Part shown: piece by piece, positions 54,612-62,921 of the stretch
Position numbering within the stretch: the first letter of the stretch is position 1
How the letters are laid out: every line of letters starts with the position of its first letter
Virus record (IMG/VR): IMGVR_UViG_3300044981_000214
Reading direction: 5' to 3' (one strand)
DNA from: a virus
Taxonomy: Duplodnaviria > Caudoviricetes
DNA: 64,000 nucleotides
Program-made: the position numbers and the translations under genes
The notes under the pieces: model-generated
What the model saw: the letters and a program-made list of their open reading frames with translations, nothing else
What the model was told of the DNA's origin: nothing
The model's database searches: none

Positions 54612-55281
54612 TGCCGTCGAGAATAATTTCTCGTGCCTTTTTATATTCGCCTGCGTCCATTACCGCTAGGGCGGCATGGCGATAGTCCGATGGCAGTTGC
54701 TCGTAACCCGGGAAGGCTTCAATGCCGCATTCATGTAGGTCCAGTTGAGTCAGACCAGCACGAAGCGCGTCCCTGACGGCGAAACGGACAGCTCTAGCTC
54801 CGCTAGAACTGATTACAGGACGTACAGCATCTTCTGGATCCTCATCAATAATTCGATCTCCTCGCTTATCTCGTATGTGTTCGCTCCAAGTAGCTTGAAC
54901 CATTCCGTCAATAATTGATTCGACAGTACTCTGATTGCGTTGACGATTGACCAGTTCAGTCGACGTAAGCTGAAAAAAGCCTCGAATTTGTTTGTCCGTG
55001 TACCAGTCACGTATAGGTTTGGCAGAAGCACGGACCATATAGGGCTGTAATTTGCAACAAATCGCTCTTGGATAAGTCCCCAACAGATCAGAACGAACAC
55101 TGATCTTACGATCAGCAAGACGCTTCAAAACGGCTATAAGAAATCGTATACGTTCCCAGTCCCAATTGACCAGTTGCTCTACAGCAGTAGCGGCTTGATC
55201 AGCAGTAAGAGTCTCTTGGTAAATCTTGGCAGTCATACTTTCGAGCTTAGCGAAATCGACATCCTTGATACTCACGATCAT
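54592..55281 (-). CDS. hypothetical protein with C-terminal ELLxALQA-like module
   Basis: ends SDYRHAALAVMDAGEYKKAREII. Confidence 0.65.
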   Translation of the reverse strand: MIVSIKDVDFAKLESMTAKIYQETLTADQAATAVEQLVNWDWERIRFLIAVLKRLADRKISVRSDLLGTYPRAICCKLQPYMVRASAKPIRDWYTDKQIRGFFQLTSTELVNRQRNQSTVESIIDGMVQATWSEHIRDKRGDRIIDEDPEDAVRPVISSSGARAVRFAVRDALRAGLTQLDLHECGIEAFPGYEQLPSDYRHAALAVMDAGEYKKAREIILDGIKLGQR

Positions 55282-56939
55282 TATACTTCCTGAACTTTGC
55301 GATTGGCTGTATCTACTATAACCTCAACTCCTTCAGTATATTTCTCCAGTGCCCCAGAAATACGTACCATCGGGAGTAACCGATCGCGGCCGATTTGAGC
55401 CAAGTGTGCGGTAGCGCCACCTTCCTCCGTGATCACCGCACAAGCGTGCGCAGTCGACACTAAATACTTGGGATGCAAGTTGGGCAGGACAACCACGCTA
55501 CCTTCTTCCGAAGGCAAATTAGGCTTGCCGTGCACGACTCGACCGGACGCCCACGGACCGTCAACTAGGACAGTAATGCCTCTTCCAGCTTCACTAAATT
55601 CATTTTGCAGGTCGCGTACTTTATTCATTGCGGCGTCGGCGAGCGGACTTGGATAGTACAGTAATTCACGATTCGCCGGATCAAGACCTGCACCGACCAC
55701 CCAATCTGTATGATCTTGATTATCCAGTGGCATTTTCATGCCTGAGGGACATACGTTCTGCCAGGGTTGAAGAAAATCCTCGTACATCTTCATTTTAGCG
55801 AACGCCCAACGCAGAAAAGGCGCACGCGGTACCTGGACTTTCCCTGCAGGAATATTGCCATTCCTGCCCCAGGCTTTATCGAGTTCGTCTCCCTTGGACT
55901 CTTCCCAAGACAGTTCAAACAAATCACCGTTGGCCTGCTCCAGAATTTGTTTCTGGTATGCAACTAACCGACGCTTGTACAGCTCATCGCGCTCAAGGTC
56001 AATTTGATCTTGTGCTTCCTGAGCAGCACCTTCATCGACGATTTCATGTGAAAGCTCTTCGTCGGAATCCAGTTTATGATCAAGCTCGTTAAGTTCGTCG
56101 AGTTCTTTGGCTAGCGCAAGCTCGGCATTGATCCGTGCATTCATTGGTAACAGGTCAGCCTTCTTGATTGCATCCTGTTCACGTTTAGTGCGCTCAGCGT
56201 TCATGAAAATAGCTTTTGCAACACGCGCAGGTTGCTCAGGAGGGTCACTCGTGACGTCCTTATCGTCAGCGTCTGCCCAAATTTCTTCAGAGGTCGTGCC
56301 GTACCATTTTGAATGGCTACGCTCCTCAAGACCGTGCCCAGCAGCCAAATATTCGTCGAGCGCTTCCTGCGGCCCTCGTGGAGGCGTCAGCCAATGCGGG
56401 CGCTCATTGCAGGCACGAAAAATCGTCTCGCGTGCCAATCCATAAGAGTCTTTGTCAGGATCAGGATATGAGGTATGCTCCGCTACGATTTCGTCTTTAC
56501 TGCAGTAATGCCAAGCGCGATTCTTATAGCCGCGCTGCATGCCAAAACCATAGCGAACTACAGGCTTCTGGTGATCGTTTCGCATATCACGTGGGCCCAT
56601 ATCGCTCACGTAGGCTACCGGACAATACCATCTACCGTTGATTTGGATACGGCCCGCGTAGATATGCTTGACCTGTTCCTGAAAGGATTTGGTAGTGGCT
56701 ACAGGCTCCTTGACGAGCTTCATCCCTGACTCGTTGCCGACGAGACGCTTGGTGCCAGTCAGGATAGACAACGCTGCGTCAGCAACGCCATTATCTCTGT
56801 CGTCACCTTCGCCTTCGTCGTTTAGAAGGCAACTAGCGATGCGCCAAGCCGAACCGGGAGCATCTTCTAACAAGCGTTGGCGAGCTAGATTCGTTAGATT
56901 AGCGCCAGAAATTTGAAAGTGCATAGTAGGCATAATCAC
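55281..56939 (-). CDS. large protein with C-terminal PEP-utilising (phospho-His swivel) domain
   Basis: ASGRV, AVITEEGGATAHLAQIGRD..LPMV, VIVD. Confidence 0.75.
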   Translation of the reverse strand: MIMPTMHFQISGANLTNLARQRLLEDAPGSAWRIASCLLNDEGEGDDRDNGVADAALSILTGTKRLVGNESGMKLVKEPVATTKSFQEQVKHIYAGRIQINGRWYCPVAYVSDMGPRDMRNDHQKPVVRYGFGMQRGYKNRAWHYCSKDEIVAEHTSYPDPDKDSYGLARETIFRACNERPHWLTPPRGPQEALDEYLAAGHGLEERSHSKWYGTTSEEIWADADDKDVTSDPPEQPARVAKAIFMNAERTKREQDAIKKADLLPMNARINAELALAKELDELNELDHKLDSDEELSHEIVDEGAAQEAQDQIDLERDELYKRRLVAYQKQILEQANGDLFELSWEESKGDELDKAWGRNGNIPAGKVQVPRAPFLRWAFAKMKMYEDFLQPWQNVCPSGMKMPLDNQDHTDWVVGAGLDPANRELLYYPSPLADAAMNKVRDLQNEFSEAGRGITVLVDGPWASGRVVHGKPNLPSEEGSVVVLPNLHPKYLVSTAHACAVITEEGGATAHLAQIGRDRLLPMVRISGALEKYTEGVEVIVDTANRKVQEV

Positions 56940-57074
56940 TTGACCGGAAATTTTGCAGAGTCCAAACCAAAACCAAGGATGCGATTTTCAGGCGTTCTCA
57001 CAACACTCGCACTACAAGGCCAACAAACATGCAGCAGCCTGTATGGCATGCCGAACGTCTTCAAGGTCGTTCAT
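56936..57074 (-). pseudogene. internally deleted paralogue of 57071..57337
   Basis: MNDLEDVRHAIQAAA, then in another frame VCWPCSASVVRTPEN (cf. VCFSCRTKVVKMPEN). Confidence 0.55.
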
Positions 57075-57337
57075 AAGTACCTTATTGGATAACTGTTTTC
57101 AGGCATCTTAACAACCTTGGTTCTACAAGAGAAACAGACGCGGCCATCGCTATTTATGCCCATAGTGCAAAGCGCTTCCCCGGACAGGTAGTCGTCTTTA
57201 GGCCTGAGATCATCGGCACAATGCAAACAGATCCACAGTCCTGCACGTATGGATAAATCGTATGCGAGTGCATAGTTTCCCACTGAAGCGACAGCACGGA
57301 TAGCGTGCCGCACGTCTTCAAGCGTATCAGCGTCCAT
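57071..57337 (-). CDS. ELLxALQA-module protein with zinc finger
   Basis: EDVRHAIRAVASVGNYALAYDLSIRAGLWICLHC..VCFSC. Confidence 0.7.
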   Translation of the reverse strand: MDADTLEDVRHAIRAVASVGNYALAYDLSIRAGLWICLHCADDLRPKDDYLSGEALCTMGINSDGRVCFSCRTKVVKMPENSYPIRYL

Positions 57338-57527
57338 TCACAGACCTACGTACTCGATCGGTCGCTCTAAGCCATTGCACTGCTAAGAGCACTCGTTTGG
57401 CCTCTGTATCATCTAGATACACAATCTTTGCGCCCAGCTTTGCCAGCTCTGCATGAGTTGTAGCAAGTGCTATGGCCATTCGCAGTTTATCAGTCGACAT
57501 TGCATTCACAAACTTTCTAATACCCAC
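57327..57527 (-). CDS. hypothetical protein
   Basis: ORF in - run. Confidence 0.45.
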   Translation of the reverse strand: MGIRKFVNAMSTDKLRMAIALATTHAELAKLGAKIVYLDDTEAKRVLLAVQWLRATDRVRRSVNGR

Positions 57528-58185
57528 TTCGGAAGCCGACTTTGCTCCCCAGTAACCTATACGAGTTCTGGGTCATCTGACCATTACCGCATCGTCGTTT
57601 TACAGTTTCACCGCATGGTGCGTCCTCGTCGACAAACTCGCGTGCACCGCACTTGTTGGTGGCGTAACCCATTACGTCCCCACATTTAAGCTCGTGGTCC
57701 AATCCGCCGATCATGTGCGCGCTCTCGTGGACAATTGCGGAGCAAACATTTTCGATGTCATGCTCGCCATGAGGCCCGACTTTGGAAAAAACCAGAGCGG
57801 TTCCATCGAGTACAATTCGTCCTTTGTGGTATGGTGCGATACCGTTGTAGTCCCGGTTTGACAGTCCTACATCACTAGCCCAGCCGCCTACAATTACTGT
57901 TGCATAGTGTACTTTAACCGCTGCAGGCGGTCGCCGAGTGAGCACATCTACATTGAAGTTGGCGTAGCGATCACGCACACAAGCTACGATTTGATGCCAT
58001 TCGTCTTCTGAACCGCCGTAAGCAGGTAGCGTCCCAGCCTGGTGACCGTCACCAGTCCCTACAGTTTGACCGTTTCGGTTCAGATAAACAAACGTAGCTT
58101 GAGCAGCGGTCGATGTGTGTTCTGCGTAGGCAGGCACAAACGTATATGTTATGGCAGCGATCGTGAGACTGGGAAAAGACTTCAT
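57517..58185 (-). CDS. secreted metzincin (matrixin-like) metallopeptidase
   Basis: signal peptide AYA; HESAHMIGGLDH; Met-turn DVMGY. Confidence 0.85.
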   Translation of the reverse strand: MKSFPSLTIAAITYTFVPAYAEHTSTAAQATFVYLNRNGQTVGTGDGHQAGTLPAYGGSEDEWHQIVACVRDRYANFNVDVLTRRPPAAVKVHYATVIVGGWASDVGLSNRDYNGIAPYHKGRIVLDGTALVFSKVGPHGEHDIENVCSAIVHESAHMIGGLDHELKCGDVMGYATNKCGAREFVDEDAPCGETVKRRCGNGQMTQNSYRLLGSKVGFRSGY

Positions 58186-58388
58186 TTCTTGATCCAATCA
58201 GCCGTTCTAATCTTGCAGTTATAGATTTCAGCGCAACGTGCACGGGCTGCTCGCCGTTCGTCTTGATATGCAGTATCCACCCAACCTACAATATCGTTGG
58301 TAGCTTTATGAAATTGAATGCGGTTAATCGCGCGCAATTCCAATAGCTCACGGATCTGCTCGTCGGTGATCGTATCGGCGGTCAACAT
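58182..58388 (-). CDS. small phage protein
   Basis: TADTITDEQIREL..ARARCAEIYN. Confidence 0.6.
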   Translation of the reverse strand: MLTADTITDEQIRELLELRAINRIQFHKATNDIVGWVDTAYQDERRAARARCAEIYNCKIRTADWIKK

Positions 58389-58391
58389 TGA

Positions 58392-58697
58392 TTACTCAAC
58401 CGGCAGCGTACCGACCTCAACAAGCAGATGCGCTCCAGCGGCGATACAACTCGCGGACAGATCCAGGCCCCACTCACCAGTACCGATGGAACCTTCCTGA
58501 GGGACCCAGGTACTATCCGAGCCCGAACCAATGTAACACGAGATCTTGGTAGTCGGCACGACGTTAGGCAGGGTAGCGGTTTGGCTGCCTGAACCGTCTG
58601 ATCCCGAACCAGATCCGTTTGAGCTGTTTGAGTCCTCGTAAATGAGGCAGCCCGTAGAAGAGAAGAGGACGATTGCGATTGCGATTTTGTTCAACAT
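58392..58697 (-). CDS. lipoprotein with GSGSGS linker (leaderless; start revised)
   Basis: MLNKIAIAIVLFSSTGC lipobox. Confidence 0.7.
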   Translation of the reverse strand: MLNKIAIAIVLFSSTGCLIYEDSNSSNGSGSGSDGSGSQTATLPNVVPTTKISCYIGSGSDSTWVPQEGSIGTGEWGLDLSASCIAAGAHLLVEVGTLPVE

Positions 58698-58731
58698 AAA
58701 TATCAAACGAACTACCTAGGCGACTTATTCC
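58698..58731 (-). promoter_or_regulatory. GGAATA-N15-TCGTT promoter variant
   Basis: GGAATA AGTCGCCTAGGTAGT TCGTT TGATATTT ATG. Confidence 0.6.
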
Positions 58732-58919
58732 GTGCCTGGAGTATGCTTTAGACTCCAAGCAACTTGGACGTTGTTACGCCTAGCGAATGCTAGTCCATAT
58801 CGCACGGCGCCTTGCTCAGTCTTACGTACAGCTATACGCACACCACTAGAATTACACGAGAAATAGGCAAAAACGTGCCAGGCGTACCCGGCACGAATTA
58901 GATTTTGCTCACCGTACAT
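58725..58919 (-). CDS. hypothetical protein
   Basis: ORF in - run. Confidence 0.5.
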   Translation of the reverse strand: MYGEQNLIRAGYAWHVFAYFSCNSSGVRIAVRKTEQGAVRYGLAFARRNNVQVAWSLKHTPGTE

Positions 58920-58921
58920 AT

Positions 58922-59200
58922 TTATTCTTCTGGAAGAACAATAGCCGGAAATTCATCTTCATGCCTACGTGCACGTGCCTTCATATTAGGCTCAAGCTTA
59001 CACTGCATTTCGTCAGCCAGCTTACGTAACTGAGTCGCTTCAGAGTCTTTGCCGGCCTTGAACAGTTCAACAGCACGATCTTTAAGAAAATTTACAGCAG
59101 CGTCCAACCCGCTAGTGTGGCCGGCAAGCCAACCTTGTGTCTTAATATTCTCGTAGCAATACCGAGTGCCCTCGTCGTCGGTTAGGATTGTCTCGCGCAT
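58922..59200 (-). CDS. hypothetical protein
   Basis: 5' end duplicated at 59907..59960. Confidence 0.65.
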   Translation of the reverse strand: MRETILTDDEGTRYCYENIKTQGWLAGHTSGLDAAVNFLKDRAVELFKAGKDSEATQLRKLADEMQCKLEPNMKARARRHEDEFPAIVLPEE

Positions 59201-59203
59201 ATG

Positions 59204-59362
59204 TTATGGCCGTGCACCTTCAGCTGCACTTGCTACCCATGTGCGGATAACATGCTGATAAGGTATATTACGTTCCTTAGCTAGACGCTTAGCCTGCGCT
59301 ACGTCCTTCTTTCGTAACCTTAGATTGATAAGAATAAGCCCTAAATCTTTCTTACGCGGCAT
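59204..59362 (-). CDS. CopG/BrnA-like RHH protein
   Basis: INLRL...AKRLAKERNIPYQHVIR. Confidence 0.75.
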   Translation of the reverse strand: MPRKKDLGLILINLRLRKKDVAQAKRLAKERNIPYQHVIRTWVASAAEGARP

Positions 59363-59868
59363 TAACGACGTTTCTTTCTTACAGGTACGCGGCATCGTAT
59401 GTGCGCCACCTGTGCCCGTTCACGTTTAGTCATTGGACGAAAGCTAGTAATCTCACGTGGGTCTGGGATGCCCTGAAGTAACTCATCGCCTCTTCTGCGT
59501 TTGAAGTCTATTACAGCCTTAGTTCCTCTAAGAAAATCTAGTCCGATCAGATTCTTTCCTTCACGGACTGACTGCGTGGAGCCGTCAGGCAGGTATACTA
59601 CAGCTGGAACGTAAGCCTTAACAGGTAGCTCTCGCTTACCAACACGTAGGACAACTTCAATCAGGTTACCGCCTACTAAACCTGCATTAGTCTCTCCTAA
59701 GGTGTCTGGTGCAGACATATTCGGCTCCAGACGGCAGGCTAGTGTTCGACTCAGGAAAGTTGCATTCGCGCCTGTGTCAATTTTTCCAACGTCGGTGACT
59801 TTGGCCTTCTTGTTACTTGCCGTAAATTTACGAAGGATTGGAGGTTCTGTCTTACGCTTCTTTGCCAT
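59362..59868 (-). CDS. retropepsin-like aspartic protease
   Basis: IDTGA..TFLS; NLIGLDFL. Confidence 0.8.
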   Translation of the reverse strand: MAKKRKTEPPILRKFTASNKKAKVTDVGKIDTGANATFLSRTLACRLEPNMSAPDTLGETNAGLVGGNLIEVVLRVGKRELPVKAYVPAVVYLPDGSTQSVREGKNLIGLDFLRGTKAVIDFKRRRGDELLQGIPDPREITSFRPMTKRERAQVAHIRCRVPVRKKRR

Positions 59869-59906
59869 GTCTCTACTATATACACGAAACCCTAGGCGTG
59901 CGCTAA

Positions 59907-59960
59907 TAATATTCTCGTAGCAGTATCGCATGCCGTCGTCGTCAGTCAGGATTGTTTCGC
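59907..59960 (-). repeat. diverged 54-bp copy of 59143..59196 (8 mismatches)
   Basis: ETILTDDxGxRYCYENI in both. Confidence 0.8.
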
Positions 59961-60073
59961 CTAATTCATGGTCTTAGTCTGAATCTCTTCAGATGATTAC
60001 CGCTGGCAGAACGAGTAAATCCCTACTCTCAGCGTCACCGCTTCTGCCTCAGGATTAGGCCAGGTTCTAAGCA

Positions 60074-60415
60074 TTAAGTATCCAATAACCCAACGCGATC
60101 AGCCGTGTCAAGTTCGACTAGCTTGCAGTCAGCAAGTAGATCGTTGAGATGCGGTAGCCACAACCCGAAGAATCCATACTCACCTGCACTGCTATCTCGG
60201 ATCGCACGCCATTTTGGCCACGGACTGTTCGCGACGGATTTGAATGCCCGATGTCGCTCGACGAGAAATCTTCCTACTTTGTCCTTCGCGACAGACACCT
60301 GTCTAACGGTGTACGCGCCTAGGCTACTGTTTCCGGCCCAATCCGCAGTGTCGTACTCGATAGACTGTGTACCATCAAGGAACTTTGGATTCGTGATAGC
60401 ATCAGCGACTCTCAT
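60074..60415 (-). CDS. hypothetical protein
   Basis: ORF in - run. Confidence 0.55.
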   Translation of the reverse strand: MRVADAITNPKFLDGTQSIEYDTADWAGNSSLGAYTVRQVSVAKDKVGRFLVERHRAFKSVANSPWPKWRAIRDSSAGEYGFFGLWLPHLNDLLADCKLVELDTADRVGLLDT

Positions 60416-60598
60416 TTACACATGCTCCGTAATATCTCGTGTGTCGGTGGAGTCGAGGCGTTGTAGTTCCTCAATGAGAAATCCGAGAAGGTCTAGTGCA
60501 GCTCTGACCTTCTCGGGAGCACTTCGCGTAGCAATGAGCGACTGCGCCTCGTCGTGGAGTGCCTTAGCTTTAGTAAGGTCGATTTCGTGTAGCTTCAT
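60416..60598 (-). CDS. hypothetical protein
   Basis: helical ORF. Confidence 0.5.
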   Translation of the reverse strand: MKLHEIDLTKAKALHDEAQSLIATRSAPEKVRAALDLLGFLIEELQRLDSTDTRDITEHV

Positions 60599-60659
60599 TA
60601 TGAATTCCGTTCAGTTCACTGTGCTTTGGTTAGCTTCGCCATTTTTAGCTTAGTGTTAG

Positions 60660-61064
60660 CTACCAGTGAGGCGTACCTAGTCCGGGTTTGATAGCTGTCA
60701 GTTGATCTTCGCCTAGTCCGTGAACAGGTCTATATACAGCCTCAATCAATAGACTTGCAGCGGTAAATTTCTGGTTACGCCAGATTTCGAAGTCCCGCCC
60801 GGTTTGACTCACATCCCATTCACTACGCCTCTTGGTAGCTACTGTGTATAGAGGCGTACCATCGCAGTCACGGTCATGTGCCACGACATACATGTGCGCG
60901 ATTATTTTGCGTCCTGCATCGTTCCCGAAATATTCATCGTACTTGACTTCTACAAGCTCATCAATCGGGTACTTGTGTTTGCTAGTAAGGTTATTTTCTC
61001 TAATCGTTCTGCCGTTTGACTCGATGATCTCGCTGAATTTGATGAAATTAGTCACTGGGGGCAC
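60660..61064 (-). CDS. hypothetical phage protein
   Basis: HKYPI..LVEV, YVVAHDRDCDGTPLY. Confidence 0.7.
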   Translation of the reverse strand: MPPVTNFIKFSEIIESNGRTIRENNLTSKHKYPIDELVEVKYDEYFGNDAGRKIIAHMYVVAHDRDCDGTPLYTVATKRRSEWDVSQTGRDFEIWRNQKFTAASLLIEAVYRPVHGLGEDQLTAIKPGLGTPHW

Positions 61065-61372
61065 TCCCTAGTCAACCACCAGACATACTGGAATAGATCA
61101 GCACCAGCACCGTCTACTGCCCATTTCTCTTCTTGTGGAGGTCCCAGCAACCGCCAGCCTTCGTTCAGCATCTCCAAGATACAATAGTATCGAGGAATAT
61201 CTGCACCTGGCGTGTGGCCGATAAAGTACGGAGGCCAATCGTATACTTGGTTCTGCAATTTCTTGCGGACTAACAACGACGAGTCCTCATAGGACCAACC
61301 GTCGATCTCGGCGCGGAGATTCGGCTTTGCAGTTGTCACCGAAGCGACTTGGACTTGGTTTTTCTTGTTCAT
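61052..61372 (-). CDS. hypothetical protein
   Basis: EGWRLLGPP. Confidence 0.6.
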   Translation of the reverse strand: MNKKNQVQVASVTTAKPNLRAEIDGWSYEDSSLLVRKKLQNQVYDWPPYFIGHTPGADIPRYYCILEMLNEGWRLLGPPQEEKWAVDGAGADLFQYVWWLTRECPQ

Positions 61373-61373
61373 A

Positions 61374-61589
61374 TTATTCGCCGTTCAACGCCTCGCGACC
61401 ACCTTCACGAATCCATTCGTTGTAGTCCTCGAACGTTTCGAACAGCAGGTATTCGCGCGCGCCGAACTTATACCGGCCGGTGTCTGCCTGGCCTGCGCAG
61501 ACCACTTTGGCTGCATCGGGCATGGCGAACGCCTTGGCACCCGCCTCGGACATTGACACAACACGCAGGAATCGATCACGCTCAAACAT
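61374..61589 (-). CDS. hypothetical protein
   Basis: YLLFETFEDYNEW. Confidence 0.55.
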   Translation of the reverse strand: MFERDRFLRVVSMSEAGAKAFAMPDAAKVVCAGQADTGRYKFGAREYLLFETFEDYNEWIREGGREALNGE

Positions 61590-61620
61590 TTTTCTTTAAT
61601 CCAATTTAGCAAGAAAAAAG

Positions 61621-62646
61621 TTAGGCAGCGACGGCCTCAACCGGCTCGCCCTTCCGCTTACGCGGCTTGGCCTTCTTCGCCGCCTCACGGACCTGGGTCA
61701 GCAGGACGCCCATCCGAGGATCGACGCCCTCCTCACCGAGGATCAGCTTGATGGCTGCAGCAGCACCATTCCAGAACGCTTGGCTCTCATCCTTGGTCGA
61801 CCTAGGAGACTCGACGATCGCCGTCAGAATCCGCTTCTGCGTCATCTTGTCGGACACGCCAACACGCTTGTTGGTGACCTTCGCCTTGGCCTGCTTGACC
61901 TCGCGCTGAGACGTACCCAACGACCCAGCGTTAGCCAGAATCTCGTCGAGCGCCGCCTTCTGCTTCTCAGAATCCTTGATCGTCGACAGCTCCCAGCCCG
62001 AAGTCTGGCTGATCTTGCCGGACTCGACCGCCTTCTTGACGGACGAAACCGCGTTGTCGTCATAGTCGAGCCAGTTGCGGATCGTCGTGACGGTCGTGTC
62101 GAACTGGATCGCCACGGTCTCGTCGTCGACACCGCGCTCCTTGAGCTGCTTGACCTTGAGGATCTTGGTGGCGATGTCATCGTCGAAGCGGGCCTCGTTC
62201 TCGGCAATCGAGATTCCGAGCATACGAGCGTCGCTAGACGGCCGCACGATCTTGATCTCGACCTTCATCTCGGGCTCGCCGCGCTCCTTGCGCTGCCGAT
62301 TGACAGCACGAGCAGCTCGGACACGCCGCCGACCAGCCACGACCGTAGCCACACCGTCGATCTTGGCGACGAGGACGGTCTCCAGGACACCGTTGTAATC
62401 GACATTGGCCACGAACGACTTCTTCAGCGCCATGGTGTTACGGCTATCCCAGAGCGTGTGGGTCGGGCCGTCGTCAGTGTCCAGGTCACCTGCCTCCTCG
62501 GCAGGCAAACTCTTGCCGCCGATGATACGAAGATCGGTGATAGGGTCGACGTTGAAGAACCCACCGACACGAGAAAAATCGAAGGACTGCTTCTTGTTCG
62601 TAACGTTATCGGTATCGGACTTATCAGACTTCTTACGCATATTCAT
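61621..62646 (-). CDS. ParB/Srx N-terminal domain protein
   Basis: GVLETVLV, VVAGRRRVRAA, ENEAR, HTH VAIQFDTTVTTIRNW. Confidence 0.8.
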   Translation of the reverse strand: MNMRKKSDKSDTDNVTNKKQSFDFSRVGGFFNVDPITDLRIIGGKSLPAEEAGDLDTDDGPTHTLWDSRNTMALKKSFVANVDYNGVLETVLVAKIDGVATVVAGRRRVRAARAVNRQRKERGEPEMKVEIKIVRPSSDARMLGISIAENEARFDDDIATKILKVKQLKERGVDDETVAIQFDTTVTTIRNWLDYDDNAVSSVKKAVESGKISQTSGWELSTIKDSEKQKAALDEILANAGSLGTSQREVKQAKAKVTNKRVGVSDKMTQKRILTAIVESPRSTKDESQAFWNGAAAAIKLILGEEGVDPRMGVLLTQVREAAKKAKPRKRKGEPVEAVAA

Positions 62647-62724
62647 TTCCTTGAAAGATGAAAATCAGGCCGTTGGCGTTTTGGTTGTTGAATTTGCCCT
62701 GTATGGCCCTTGTTGTAGATGCAA

Positions 62725-62750
62725 GACGTTTGGTACCACAATCCTATTTC
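62725..62750 (-). promoter_or_regulatory. GAAATA-N15-ACGTC promoter for the ParB-like gene
   Basis: GAAATA GGATTGTGGTACCAA ACGTC. Confidence 0.65.
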
Positions 62751-62888
62751 ACTTGTCGAGAGTATTTTGTGATGCGTTCTGGAAGTAGACGAAACATCAA
62801 CTATAAATGTATTCGATCGACAACGAAATAAAAATTATGCTATAGGAGGAAATCGGGTTCCCGCGCCTAGATTTTTTGGTGTTCGTAA

Positions 62889-62921
62889 GAAATAAAACCT
62901 CCAACAAGACGTTATACCGTC
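62889..62921 (+). promoter_or_regulatory. GAAATA-N14-ACGTT promoter (leaderless)
   Basis: GAAATA AAACCTCCAACAAG ACGTT ATACCGTC ATG. Confidence 0.6.

Noticed and set aside
61780-62661. 293-aa + strand ORF
   Set aside because: Antisense shadow of the high-GC3 ParB-like gene.
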